Assembly: GCF_018977255.1 (NCBI RefSeq)
Contig: NW_024704743.1
Location: forward strand, 21,268,001-21,332,000
Reading direction: 5' to 3'
DNA from: Callorhinchus milii
Lineage: Eukaryota
DNA length: 64,000 bases
In this document: positions 37,036 through 51,335 of the stretch, one piece after another
Numbering within the stretch: position 1 is the stretch's first letter
Layout of the letters: each line of letters opens with the position of its first letter
Translations under genes and position numbers: made by a program
Notes under the pieces: generated by a model
What the model saw: only the letters and a program-made list of their open reading frames with translations
What the model was told of the DNA's origin: nothing
Database searches by the model: none

Positions 37036-37409
37036 AATCTGGAATGGCATTGAGGCATAAATTCATTCTTATTTGTCAATCCCACCAAGCAAGATTAGAC
37101 AGTTGCAAAAGAAGTGTTTTTTCAACAACATATTTGTGGCTCTAAACTTTCACTGTATTACTGAGACTTCCTCCCAAATTGAAGGGGTCTAAATAACTGC
37201 AATTTGTTGTTGTAGTTCTGTGCTAGTCACCATATTATTTAAAAATCACGCTGTTCAGGGGAAGAAACTTCATTCACACATTTGTGTAATACTGTTCTGA
37301 ATTATACAAATTACAACACAGAAAGCTGTTTTGTCATTGGTGAGGGATGAGTTAACTAAGACCCCCAGGTCTCGTTCAATTTTTCCTGTGGCACCTTCTT
37401 TTCTATAAT

Positions 37410-37790
37410 AGTGATAATCCTTGCATTTGATTTAGCACCTTATCACGTCTTCAAGAACTCTCAAAGTGCTTCAGAGAATATACTGTAAAGTGAATTGAAT
37501 GTATATTTTGTGGGCGAATTGAGGCAACCAATTGCGCACAGCAGTGTCCCACAAACAGTCATGCATTGAGTGACCAAATTACTATTCTTATTCATTTTAT
37601 ATTTTTTGAATGAATTATTACCCCCGGAAAAGCGATCTGCCAATCGACTAACAACTGGGTTTCTACCTACTGCTAGGTATACAGAGGCATGTGGAGTAAG
37701 GAAACTTGCCCAACATTTCGCCCTGCCCAGGAATTTAACCCAGGTCCTCGCTTGTGAACCGAGTGCTGTAACCACTAAGCTACAGGACTT
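37410..37790 (-). mobile_element. tRNA-derived SINE, long variant
   Basis: Contains the central segment actaacaactgggtttctacctactgctaggtatacagaggc. Confidence 0.88.
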
Positions 37791-38344
37791 TCTATCCACA
37801 GCGTACACATGTCTCCTATTTTTACTTCCTATATGGAGAACCTTGCGTTTATCTGTATTGAACTTTATTTGCTAATGATCATCCCAGCTTACAGTGGTGT
37901 GTGTGTGGGATGTGTCCTCTTCATTATTTACATTGGTTGGGTTGCAATTGGAGAACCATGGAAAGTTCTGGGCAGCCCATTACAGGGAGGAATTCAGAGC
38001 CATAAAGAAGGTACATTAATGCTTATTCACGCATATACTAAGGTTACTTCGACAACAACAACTTGCATTTGTATAGCGCCCTTCACGGGGTAGTGTCTCA
38101 GCAGCGTCTACTTGCCAGATGGTTAAATCATCTTTTGGTTGTCCATTTATAAACTGCTGCAAGGATTTGTTAAGATGAACATAAAAAAGCCAGAACAAGA
38201 AGAGGCCATTTAATTGAAATCTGCTCCTTCTCCAGGCCTAAAAAAAATGCTTTCCATTATGGACTTATTTAACCCTTCCCATTTCATCCCGAGTGAAAGT
38301 TCTGCATAGATACTTCTTGATTTCTAAGGTTACTTGAGCAAAAA

Positions 38345-38798
38345 AGAATGCGTTCCTTCTCCACATCACCAGTATTCAAGCATAGCCTCCTTCCCTCCAT
38401 AAATCCCACTGGCTCTCTGTCACAGAGCAGATCGATTTCAAGATACACACTCTTGTATTTAAATCCCTTCACGCCCTGCTACCCCCACTTTCTCTTCCTA
38501 CACTATTGCCCGCTGCCTCCGCTCGACTGGCTCCTGCCTCCTCCTTGTCCCCCTGACCTTTCGCCCCACCATCGGTGGCCATGCTTTCAGCCACCATGTC
38601 CCGAAGCTGTGGAACTCTCTGCCTCAATCCCTTCGCTTTGCCCGTCTCTCCCCATTTTCACATCGCGCTTGAAGACCTTCCTCTTCAACCGTGCCTACGG
38701 TCACCTTCCCCCTCCCCCTGGCTTGGTATCAGGCTCTGCCACTGTTAAGTGCTCGAGACACCATCTGACATGAAAGGTGCTGCATAAATGCAAGTTGT
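38345..38798 (+). mobile_element. L2 LINE 3' fragment
   Basis: atcgatttcaagata (IDFK), FTSRLKTFLFNRAY, tail ataaatgcaagttgt. Confidence 0.85.
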
Positions 38799-39300
38799 AA
38801 ACAACAACAATAACTTGCATTCATATAGCATCCTTCACGCAGGGTAATGTCCCAGAGCACTTCACAGTGGTGCGTCTGACACTGAGCCAGGGGGAGAGGG
38901 AGATGACTGTTAGCACGATCAAAAAGGAGCTCTTTAGGTGGGATTTGAAAGTGGAGAGGGAATTTCATGTGGGTGAGTATCCGGGTGGCGGAGTTTTTAA
39001 TTAATTGTATTTTGTGTATGGTGGAGCTGGGGAGACCAGCGAGGAGGGCATTGGAATAGTCCAGTTGAGAAGTAACGAAGGCTTGGATGAGGGTTTCAGC
39101 TGCGTCGGTTGTGAGGGAGGACAGAGGCGGGCAATGTGTCGGAGGTGGAAAAAAAGCAGTCCTAGCCAGGGAACAGATGTGAGGTAGAAAGGAAAGCTGG
39201 GGATCAAACCTGACACCTAAGTTGTACATGGGTTCAGAGAGTCCGAGGGAGATCCCAGGTACGTTGAGACCTGCAGGAGAGAAGACAATATTGTCCACAC
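38799..39300 (-). mobile_element. L2 LINE 3' fragment, internally deleted, tail-to-tail with the previous copy
   Basis: NLGVRFDPQLSFLPHI...AETLIQAFVTSQLDYSNALLAGLP. Confidence 0.88.
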
Positions 39301-42300
39301 TCCTAGCTCCAATAATACAATAACCACTTTGTTCAAGGACTTACCAGTTCACCTCAATTTGCACCTGTTCCGTCTCACCCAATAGCATTCTCAAAAACAT
39401 ACTTATGTAGTAATTTTCAAAATGAGTTAATCAGCATAGCTTCAAAGTGCCTTTGTTGGGAGTCTGTTCCACATAGACAATACTCTTTGGAGAAATTTGT
39501 TTTTCTAATCTCCTCTCCCACATGAATCTTTTTAATTTTATAAACCAGGCCTTTTAATTTTACTCTCATGGTCCTACATCAAACAGATTTCTTATCTTCT
39601 ATGTCACTCATTATTTTAAAGAGTTAGCTTGTGTTCTGTCTTTCACCCATATTTTATTTCCAATTAAAGTTCAGCTTCTGCTTATAATATGCAAAATTTC
39701 AGGCTAAAGAATCATTTTTGTTCTTCTCTAAACCCTTACCAACACTTCAGTGTTCTTTTGGCCTAATTGTGGTTTGATTTGATGATTAGACTGTAGTTAT
39801 ATCTTAGATCAAGGTACAAACTTAAAAATATTAATACTGCAATTTGAGATGCAAATCAATGCAGTTGTGTGGCACAGTTTAGTTTGGTCTTTGCTGCACT
39901 GCATATTTGTACTGGATCCATGAACTCTGTGGCCACTACTGCAAGCTGCTTTTGTCAAGTCTCTTTACCCTTTGATAACCAAACAAGAACTTTAGCCAAT
40001 ACCCACATCTTTTGTTCTTCCTGAATCTCTTCCAAAGCAACTGTTTACCAGCCTGAGCGCCTATAAATTTTAGACTTCCTGCTATCAGTTGATTATGATC
40101 CATTGCCTGGTTCCTTGAAAGTGCGTCTGTGTTGATCTGCTTGTTGCCAAGCTGACATTCCACTTGATGGTCAAACGTAGGGAGGAAAAGTCACGGAGAG
40201 TGCTGTCTTGAAGTCTTAATGTGTTCTGACAACACAAAGAATTGTGATTATTTTGTACTGGGATTTCGTCAGTCCACCCAACTTTCTAATTTCTTTAGTT
40301 TTATTTGAATTTGGAAGAAAAATAGTAATGTTCCTATTTGTTTTTCACTTGTTACAAAACTACTTCATCATGAACTATGTGCAACTTCATGAAACTTAGC
40401 AACCATTGAACGGGAACGTTGAAGATTGTATTTATTTACACAGGGTTAGCACAGTATGCAAATTATACCTAATTATGCAATTTGAATGTAATGTCAATGC
40501 ATCAAACAACTTTGCAGATATTTGCCGTGGATGTAGTGACTGTTTTTGTAGGCAGCTGGGCATCAACTGCACACAAGAACACAAGCTGTGAGATGAATGA
40601 TCTGGGAATCCGGAGGATTGTTGTCCAGGATACTGGGAGAAACTCCCTTTGCAATTTATTCATAATTGTGATTTGGTTCATCCTCTATTTCGCACAATCC
40701 AGTGGAGTGCTGGGTGGAGTATTGCATTGTGGCTTGTGGGACACTGCCTTGCACAAATTAGCTGCTGTGTTCGCCTACAAATACCAAATCACCATAATTT
40801 ATAGTAATTCCTGTGAAGCGTTTTGAAAAGTCTTGACAATGTGATGAGGCAGTATACCAAATGCAAGGATTATTATTGGGTCTGCAGGCATGTCACGTGA
40901 AAAAAATGTCACAGATATTTTTCCGTGACAAAACCAACTGAACCAGTCTAACTCATACATTTCCCACATGCACTGGCTTCTCTCAAACCTGTGACATCCA
41001 CTAAATGTATCTTGACTGCTAATGCCGTGACATATATTCAGCCCTTATTATTATTATTACTATTAACTTGTGTGAGACTGGTGTCGAACTGAAGTGAAGA
41101 GATAATAGGAAGAAATCACCTGATTCCAGCTTCCTTCAGTCAACACAAGATTTTGTGCTGTTTTGGAATAAACACACTCCAGGAAAGTAGCGTGAAGGGT
41201 GTTATATAAATGTAAGTTATTGTATAAATGGAACCTACTAATGATCTTTGCAGGGTTTCCCTTCGATCTCTATTTGCACAACTGATTCACTCGAGACAAT
41301 ATGATTACAGCAAACCATAGCTCAAGAGTATGCTATCATTTGGGCTCAGTTCACACTCACACCTTTGGTTTAGAAGTTGTGGGTTTAAGCCCCATTTAAG
41401 ATGATTGTCTAGTTGACCTTCCAGTGCAATACAGATGAAGCCCTGCAAATTTGGAGGTATTGTCTTTTGGATGAGGCATTGAACCAAAGTCTCATTTGTC
41501 TCATCAAGCAGACATTAAGCATCCCATGACCCAATTTCAAAAGAGAAGGGAGTTTCTCCCAGTGTCCTAGCCAACAATCCTACAGATTATTTGTCATTCA
41601 CATCATGACTGTTTGTTGTTGGACATTCCAGGTGTATATGGCCTACAAATAACCTACGCTACACCTGGCAGTCTTTAATTGGAAATCACTTTAAGACATT
41701 TCAACATGAAGCACCATTAAAAAAAAACAAGTTTTTTCTTCATTTCTTTCTTTGTCCGGTTCTAAATCCGACCTGAATTTCCACAGGCTCCGTTCCTGCC
41801 AGGATTCAATACAATATCACATGTTGCCTCTTTCTGATAACCGATTGTACTTGCTTTCTGGTTCTCTGCACCAAATGTTTGCAATTTCCTGCTTTACTGT
41901 AATTACAACCAATAATATAAACTATTGGAGGTCCTCTGGCACTTGTCACACCTGCTGTCCCAGTTTGTTGCAGATTGATTTGAACCAGCTGTTCCATCTC
42001 CTTCAGTCTGACTTTCAACCTTAAACTTCCATCTGTTATTGACCCATATGAGTTCATGATGTTGCACCATATTCCTTACCTATACTAAGGCTCGGTTGAC
42101 GTTAACTTCACCGACATTGTAATGACTTTGGCTTCAGAATGAACAGTTTATGCCAGAATACTGAAACAAACTATTCCTGCAGAAAGGTCACTGAGATAAA
42201 AAAAACATAGTCAGGTTGTTCTCCAGGTTGTTGTGCAGTGGGAATATCAATTTTAAATAAAAAACACATTTGAGGAGCAGCAAACCTTCTCTTTTGCACT

Positions 42301-42889
42301 GCCTCAGGCAGATATTCACCCAATTCACCCAGACTTATGAATGCTGCATTTGCTTTCTGTATAATGTTACATCTCTTCCCATTGCCTTTTCATTATAACA
42401 TTGTTTACACAGTTTCATCTACGATTTAGATCTCTTTCAACCAATTTGACAAAATGAATTAGTGCAAATTATGATTTTTAGTTTCATATCCAGCTGGAGT
42501 TTTTTTCAATCAAAGCTTTATTGCTGTTCATTTTTTCAGGACGTCTGTTTCTGCTTTATACGGTGTTGTAGGCAGATTGAGAATTTCAGTTATTGTGGTT
42601 GTTAAAAAAAAGCCACTCAAACGCAGTCTAATTTGTGTTCGCAAAATGCAAGTCTTTTTGTGTTTATGGGATTCCAATACCACACAGATAATAATGATTC
42701 TTACATTTGTTGAGACGTGGTTGAAACATCTTTCTACATCTGAAATAACGAAACCTTGTCTGATAATGGGAATAAGACCATGGCTGTCGGTGGGAGAGTT
42801 GATATGGAGGATGAGGTTGAGGGAGGAGAGCAATGAATTTGGAAGAGAAATTTCACAGGATTTTCTCTAAAGTATAGTGACTATTTATA

Positions 42890-43275
42890 ATAATAAATAA
42901 TAATACTTACATTTGGTATAGTGCCTTTCATGTCAGGAGGACATCCCAAAGCACAGGATATGCTGTAAACTGTGTGTGCCAATTGTGCACACAGCAATTC
43001 CCCACAAACAGCCATGAAGTGAATGCCCACTTTTAGTTGGGGGATTGTGGCTAGGAGATTGTGAGAAATTCCTTTCTCTTTTCAAAGTAGTGCCATGAGA
43101 TCTGTAATGCCTGAACGCGCAGAAGGGGCCTTGGTTTAAAGTCTTATTGGAACAAGGGGCATCTCCAACATTGCAGCACACCCCCAGCACTGCATTGGAA
43201 TGTCAGCTGAGACTATGCGAGTTCCAATACCCAGAGTGGAGTTTGAACCAAAAACAAATTTCCGATCAGAAATCT
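42890..43275 (-). mobile_element. Deu-domain-like SINE, old
   Basis: (AAT)n tail, ccacaaacagccatgaa, gcagaaggggccttggtttaaagtctta, cagcactgcattggaatgtcagc. Confidence 0.7.
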
Positions 43276-46200
43276 CGTCTGCCTTGGTTGTGCGTGTTAC
43301 CGGGTGGACAGAAGGCATATGCCCAAGCCTGCTGTATCCACTGTTGTGCTCCACTATTATTGCAACACTAGCTGTACTTGTTGCAACTTCACTAGCAACC
43401 AAAGGATCCAATATGGAATGTAGATCGACACACAGACAGACACACAGACAGACATTTCATCTTTATACTCATCTGGGAGGATTCCTGTGGGAGGACTTTG
43501 TTCTTCAGTTCATTTAATGGGCTTCTCTCTTTTGTCTAGTATTTTTACTTATCCTTGGAAAGGTTTGATTTTCGCTTAGGCATCGTTATAATGATAAGTA
43601 CATAAATGTATAATTTATAATCACTGGGATGTCCTTCCGACTGAATTGCGCTTTAAAAATTGTAATTTTGTTGTTGCCATGGCTTAGCTTTGTCTGTGTT
43701 CTTTATTTTATTCCTGCCGCTGCTTGGCTATGTGCGTGCTTTGTGACGCAGGATGCCACAGCGCGATGGTCAGCCGCCATGGCTACCAGGTGTAACTGCA
43801 GGGTGTGCGTACATACGTAGGTGCTCTGTGACGCACGATGCTACAGTGGCACTTTGACTCGGTGACCACCAGATGTAACTGCAGTGAAAAAAGCAAAACT
43901 GAAATAACTCATAAAACGATAGAAAACAAATATGCCAAAGTCACTCGCAGATGCAAGAACTTTCCGATGAGGTATAATTCGTGTCTCTATGTCAATTGGT
44001 TAATGAGATCCTTCTTGAAGCGCAGACAGACATTGTCATTTTATTAGGATAGAAGAAGATGAGTCTCAATTCAATGTTGATTCGATGCCAGAAGTGCAAA
44101 ATAAATCAAACAGTATTGATTTGTTACTAAGCTCCGATCCTGAAATTAATTAAATCATTGCACCAACTGCAGCTGATCTGAAAAAAAACATTAATTTAAA
44201 ATGGCTTGAACTTCTTGTTTAATGATCGTTCTTCCTGTGTGAACCCAGACAATGACTGTCAGCAGAAATTCTTCCCCGGGCAAGGGGAGGATAATGAGCA
44301 CAGCAGGCACCCAGCCACATTCAGTCCTGGCCTCACCAAACATTCATCGTGCCCTTTCCACTAGTACCTAGCTCTGCGACCTTCTCAAACCATATAAACC
44401 TACCTGCTCCCCATGAAGCAGGTTGGTGGGTAGAGATTTGCTTCATGGGCCATGCCCTACCCAACCCATCAGGGAAGCCGATCCCATTAGCCTATCTGCC
44501 CCCATTCTCTGGAACTCTATCCTGGAGTCCCTCCGACTCCCTCCTTCCCTCAGTTCTTTTAAGGTCCGCCTCAAGTTTTCCTCTTTCATTATGCCTTCAG
44601 GCATCTTCTCCCCCCAGGTTTCCACCCCTACTCGGGACATCATGACATTATATAAATGTATAATTGTTGCTGTTGCAGTATTGGTCTGTACTGGATAGTG
44701 AATAAAGTCATGAGCTGATGTCTATTTCCCAATGGCCCAGGCACACTGGCAGACAATTTTTTATTGCTACATCCTTTTCCTCACTGACCTAACTCAGCAA
44801 GGACGAAAGATTCAGGCTGAGATCCTCCTGATTTGCATGAATTACACCTCCACCCTGTATTACATCACACGGTTTGCGCCCAGAGCTTATAAGAGAATTT
44901 CAGTTATAATAACCTTTGCATGTGATTACTATTATTATTATTACTATACAGAACTGTGGTTTAACACCTCATCCATAGGACTACACCTCTGGCAATGCAG
45001 CTCTCTCCAGGACTGCAATGGAGTATCAGCCTGTACTGTATTACTGACTCTTGGGATCTACGGGCAGGGAGATTGCCATTATGCAGGCCACCACACCCTG
45101 AAACTTGTGGTCAATATACATCATTCCCACAGTATTGTTGCATCCTCTGAGTTAATCTAATGTGTCATATCTGAGCAATCCAAAGCGGAGGAGTGCCTGC
45201 CCCGGGGATCATAAACAGAACTCTACTGGGTGTGTCTAATAAAACCGCTGCTAGCTATTGCAGTATGTGATCAAGAATGTTTCTTGTGCTAGGAACGTAG
45301 AGTTTTCATCAAAACACAGAATTATTCCTCATTCATCTCAAAGGATGGTTAGAGTATGGATTTCCTCACCACAAATAGCTATTGATGCAATGCCCATAAC
45401 AGTATATAAAATGGAATTTAGCTAAATGTCTGAGAAATGTTAAAAGGTGAGAGCGGGGGAATAGGATTAGAGTAGATAGCTTCAGGTGGGGTGGGGGGGA
45501 TGGCGGCGGGGGAGAGAAAGAGAGAGACAGCACCAGCATAGTTGCAGTAGGCCAAATGGCCTTTCTGCCCTATACCATTTTAATATTCTGTGGTTGCTGT
45601 GTAGGGGATCTTGCTACTACGTATTAGTTACAGCTTTGCCTACATACATAACTACAGTTCAAATTAACTAATTGTTTGAAGCACTTTGATACATTTTGAC
45701 ATAAGGTGCTGTGTCGTGTGCAAGTATATATTACTTGATTATCATTAATTATCATCTATTCTCAATTACATTATAGTTTTGTAACAAACTCCAAAGGCAG
45801 ATCTGCGTCAACATTGAAATGAATAAGTAAAAATTAGCTCTCAGGTGTCAGTAAAGCCATGGGTGTGAACATCTTATCCACATGTTGGTTGATAGTAATC
45901 CGGTTAGGTCATACAGCTGTAAAATTGGTCTTAGTTAACTCTTGGCTTGACGAATCTTCATGCCTCAGGAAATTGGTGTATTCTATAAGAAATCTGCTGA
46001 CCCTGCATACCAGGGCACAGTGTGCATGATCACAAGAAGAGGCTTACTGCAAACTCAAGCTGTTTGATGAAATTGATTGTGAACTCCTACAGCGGCCGAT
46101 GCTGTCTTTAACTACATTAGTGGTTTCACATGATCTGAGCCTAAATTGGGAGAGTGTTGGTTCCTGTGCTGATGGGAACAATGCGTAGTATACCCAGTAC

Positions 46201-47138
46201 GGTCTTTCCCACTGTGTGAGCAATTGCTGTGCCCAGATGTCTTTGTCAATCTCTTCGGAAACTATATACCACACCTCTGCTTGAGAACCCCACTGCCACT
46301 GACTTCTATAAATTGTTACTGTATAAGTAGCTGTTAAAAGGTATGTGAGATTAGCCTGCTGTAATTTACAGCCACAGTTCTGACTGTCTGTGTGAAAGTA
46401 TCATACTTCAGATGGAGGAGCAACAACTGTCAGGCTGGAAAACTGCAAGGCAACCTTCATTAGACCATGATCGTCTTTGTCATTGTCTTGGGCCCCGTGT
46501 TATAATGAAGCACAGAAAAATAGCTGACATTACTTACTGCGCATTTTGGTTGGTTTCTCTGGCTTTAAAAAAATTGAACCATAGGTTGTCAGGTTACTGT
46601 TAGCATCTCTCCTTGCGGCAGGAAGGAAGCGTCACTGACATTGGAGTAAATTGAAAAATATACCATTAGGTTACTAATTCCAGATTTATTTGATCCTGCT
46701 TATCTCGTCAGGACAAGCCTAGCAACCAGTTTATATTTCTCCAGACGTTTAGTTAGGATTTTATTGCTAGCTTTCACAGCAATGGAATGTCTGACCCTAT
46801 TTACACTGATTTTCTGGAGTATTTTTATGTAGAAGGATTATTTTGAAATTCTTTCTGAACATTTCATGAACCTACAGCATATTTGTATTCCTTTGGGAAG
46901 CAGCATTGATTAAGAGTGCGGGGGCTTTCCTTCGGAGTTAAAACGGGACATTTGGATAGAATTACTGGCATAAAGTCAACAATTCCTGTAAAACCAGCAA
47001 CAGCCCTTAACAGTGTGACTACTGTTGTATAATGAGCACTAAAATCAATCTTCAGTCCTTGTTCACGGGAAAAGCTGGGTATTGCTTCAACTAAGTAACA
47101 CGTGCGTGTTTAACACAATATTCCTATTTTTGTTCCAG

Positions 47139-47968
47139 ATGCAAAGAGAGGTGATGTACGCAACAAAAGACGCCCCTCATTCCTTTCGTCATCAAGTTCC
47201 GGGTCCGGGCCCCTTTATACACGGGCCACCAAATTCGCCACCTTTAGCCCACTCTATGCCGCCTTCTCCTTCCAGGATCCCGTACAATGGGGGGAGAGCC
47301 ATAGCCATGCCAGGCAGTGCCACTGTCCCTCGGGACATACTTTCCAGTGTGCCACCGTCAAGATCCATATCCCCAAGCCATCCTGGTGCCATCCTGGAGA
47401 GGAGGGATGTAAAGCCTGATGAGGATTTGAGCAACAAGAACCTTGCACTGTTCAGAAATGAAGGCCTGTATGCCGATCCATACATGTTCCATGACGGGAG
47501 GATGAGCATTGCCTCCCCTCACTCTGGGATTCCCGGAGACATCCCGGATCACGTCGCCTTTCATCGGCCATCGGTCCGGCCTGGCAACATGTACCCAAAT
47601 TCCCCTGTGCAGAGCGATATGATGGAACAGTCCATGTACAGAATGAAGTCCAGGAAATATACTGACACTTATATACCAACGGTGGGCTCCAAAACGCCAC
47701 CACCCTCCCCTCAAAAGATGATTGACGTCAGAATGATGGAGCTGCATGGGGCAAACAGCCACATGGCTCACACCATTCAACCTGACAGATCTTCTCCTGT
47801 GCGTTTGATGCGCAAGGATTCCGGCCCACCGGCGCTCCTGGAAACAATAATCCCTAAATCCCGCAGCAATGCGCCCTCGCCTTCCATTTCCGATGTTGTT
47901 CCGTTTTCAGCTGAGAAACTAATGTCGGGGTTTGTGGCATCTTCAGCAGCGAATGACCCAGAGACAAG
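47139..47968 (+). CDS. KIAA1217: KIAA1217 large proline/serine-rich coding exon (830 nt, phase 0 to 2)
   Basis: Lies within ORF 47082..47972: MQREVMYA...HSMPPSPSRIPY...AILERRDVKPDED...GLYADPY...KSRKY...GSKTPP...DPETR. These motifs fit KIAA1217 better than SRCIN1. Acceptor tttttgttccag, donor AG|gtaagg. Confidence 0.97.
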
Positions 47969-50900
47969 GTAAGGCGTTACCGAGCCTGTGGTTGGGAGTG
48001 GGTGCACTCAATTAGAAACAGCGATGGTTCTGACATGTGAAGGCTAACACCCATTTATTGCTTCAAGAGTTGAATTTGCTCCTTTTGCATTCCAAGAACC
48101 TGCTCCAGCCCAGTGCCTTTTTGTGCAATTGAATTATAGTAAACATGGTTGTTTGCCAAGGGATTTTGTGCTCCGACCAGGATTTCTATAAACACATGAA
48201 AAATCATCGATTTCCCTAATCTTTCACAACAGTCCACTTCATTATACATTTAGGCGTCAGTAACCTTATCCTTGGGTGTTCAAACTCCTCTCCCTTGTAT
48301 CTACGTTTGATAGAAAAACATCTTACTGTGACTTTTTTTAATCGAGTGTTGACAGATGCAAGTTCTGAGAGCTGTGTATTTGCATTGCACAGTACTTCCA
48401 GGAGAACTATAGTAATAAACCTTGCATTTCATATAGTGTCTTATCACATGATCGAGGAGTCTGAAAGTGAAATAAAGTGTAAAGTGAATTGACTGTATAT
48501 TTTGTGGACGAAACACAGCGACCAATTGCGCATAGCAATATCCCACAAACAGTCGTGGTCTAAGTGACCAAATTTTTCCTGACAAGGCTCTGCCGAAGTT
48601 GAGTTGGCGCTGAAGCAATAGAGTTGGCCTCAGTCCCAGATGTTTGGTTAGGCAAGTGGGGAGCTAAGGGTGCAGAATTGGTTCAAAACTCCACCACTCA
48701 TATCCTTAACTGTACCAAATTCCACCTTCATCCTCATCATCCCAGTCCTTCCCATGCTCCATTGGCTCCCTGTCAGAACTGATTGGTTTCGCTATCCCTC
48801 CACCTTACCCCCTCTTCACCCATATTCATATCACACTTCATGACTTTACTCTTGGTGCTTACGGTCTCTGTGGCTCGCTGTGAAACTATGCCGTTGTTCA
48901 GCGCTCCAAGACTTGTTACCCCATGTGAAGGCTATATAAGTCCAAATTGTTGTTCTTGTTGTTGTAGGCAATAACCTGTGCTCCTCTTGGGTGGAGGTAT
49001 TGTTATTCTCAATAATTTGTTTAAACATTATGGGGGCGAGTTGGAGGGGGAGGTGTACCTTTTCTCTTCTTTGTACTTTAGCTTCCATTCTTTGTCCACT
49101 TGAAGTGTCTCCTGCAGGGCGGTGCCACTAACTGCTCAAAATTAACTCTCTAAATTCCCTTTCCCTCGCTACAATAAATAATCCTTACATTTGATACAGT
49201 ACGTTTCACATGAGGATGATGTCTCAAAGCACTTCACAGGATTTACTCTGAAGTGTAGTTCAGAGTGTGTTTTCTGAGTGAATACAATGAATCCAGTTCA
49301 GACTGTTTTCTGAGTGAATACAATGAATCCAGCAGCCAATTTTGTGTCTAGCAGTGTTCCTCAAACAGCCACCAAGTGATGAATTTTCTAGGGGATTGTT
49401 GGACAGGACTCCCCCCAGCACCGTATTAGAGTGTCAGCCTAGACTTCAACATTGAACTTCATGAGTTCAATGTCTCGATGTGGACAAAATACATAGTCAC
49501 TGCAGTCCTCCCAAAGTGAAAGGCACTGACTAACTATATCAAATGCAAAGAATATTGTTATTATTACAATGAATTTTGGATTTACTCAGCGGTAATCTGC
49601 AGTTTTAACTTAGAAGTAAAAGCCAGTTTTGCAATCAACATTTCAAACTTCATAATACCAGAGCAATGAATAAAATAAAGGATGTGATGTTCGAAACGAG
49701 AGAACCACCGGAGTTCTAAATCCCAAATGTAACTAGATACATTGGTCACATTTCTACATAGTTGCTGCTAAAAAATATATAACTGCATTTTTGAAGCATA
49801 TGGTGCAGATTGTTTCTCTTTGTTAAAACACAGCAGAGTTTTAAAGGTCGAATACAAGCATATATTATGTGAAACAGATGGTGAAGTTGCCTGTTTGTTT
49901 TAAAGTAAAAATTTGACTTCCTACAAAACAGACTTGGCTTCGGAGCCTGGAATAACTTGATGAGTTTACTGAATTGGCTGAAATGGGAAGTGTTCTTTTT
50001 TTACTGAGCATCAAATAATTTTTCAATGATGTAACTGTCAAAAATTTTAGAAGGATGGAATAAATTGGGTGAGTGATAGATTTGCCTGTATAAGGTGCTC
50101 ACTTTACATTAGTGGTTTTAGGTTCATGCCCCGGCAACATTGCATTCTTACAGCTGCACCTTTATCTATTCAACACAAAAATGACCACAAGGAAAATGTG
50201 AGATTGCGACATTTTATACCACAGCTAACTCAGTGATTAGACTACTGCTAGTTCAGCCATTACTTTACCAGTTCAGTGCATACACTTTGAATTGAGTCCC
50301 AGATGCCTCCAGAACACTGCAGAATGCTACTGCCTTATGGTGCGAGAGCGTTTTCCCAGCCTCTCCCATTTTAACTCTGTCCTGCTTACCACTCATTCCC
50401 AATCGCTTGAGTCTGTTTTCATTGACTTTGTTCTGTTACTGTCTCCCTCATTCTTGCTCAATCAACAACGGCAACAACAACAACTTGCATTTTTATATTG
50501 CCCTCCGAAGTGCATTCTGTCACCTAGTCTCCTTCCTGTATTGTAAGTTGTCTTCCCTAACATGGCCCTGGGTATCAGTCTTGCCCTCCCCCTGACCCCA
50601 CACAAGATTATCATTCTTCCATTAACATCACTAAGTTGAACAGATTTTGAATGATCCCGTGCAATTCAGCCCAACATCCCAGAGCATTGAATAACTTTAA
50701 TGATCTACGTGGCTAAAAATATAAAGAGTTATTCCAATGTATAACTACGAATGTAAATTGCTTTTACACAACTTTGGTTTCAAACAGCACATCACTTTCT
50801 TTCTTTCTCCCTCCCCCCCCCCCCCCCCCCCCACCCACGGTTAGATGGCTGACGTTTCTCTGTGGTTTTTCAGTAAATTATTGCTCCCCACTGTGTGTCT

Positions 50901-51054
50901 GATGCGTAATATCCACCAGACAACTTATCAATTTCATTGCACCTTCATCTCCCAAAGGGGAGGAAATGACTCAGGAGATGAAAACCCCTACCCAGAGCTT
51001 TGCTTACAGCAAAATCTTTTCAGATCTCTTTATTTTACAAGTGGGATAATACAA

Positions 51055-51335
51055 GGGGGCGTAGACTTAAAATTAGAGTGAGGCCACTTAGGATTGAAAT
51101 CAGGAAACACTGTTTTACGCAAAAGGTAGTGGAAATCTGGAACTCTCTCCCAAGAGGACGTGGATGCTGGATCAATTAAAATTTTCCAAACCTAGGTGGG
51201 TAGATTTTTATTAGGTCAGGGTATCAAGGGATACAGGGCAAAGGTGGGAATTGGAGTTGAGGTACAGATTAGCCATGATCTATTAGAATGGTGGAACTGG
51301 CTCGAGGGGCTGAATGGCAAACTCCTGTTCCTATG
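51055..51335 (+). mobile_element. CR1 LINE 3' end
   Basis: aggaaacactgttttacgcaaaaggtagtggaaatctggaactctctccc...gctcgaggggctgaatggc...ctcctgttcctatg; similar to the reverse complement of 63100-63400. Confidence 0.85.

Noticed and set aside
47082..47138. N-terminal extension of ORF 47082..47972
   Set aside because: Intronic polypyrimidine tract upstream of the AG at 47137-38.
47192..48007. Several antisense ORFs over the large exon
   Set aside because: Shadow ORFs of a GC-rich coding exon.
49258..49332. ~36-bp tandem duplication
   Set aside because: Simple slippage duplication inside a decayed SINE tail; two units only, not CRISPR-like.
50811..50832. Poly-C run (G-quadruplex potential on the - strand)
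   Set aside because: Homopolymer of uncertain assembly length with no supporting context.
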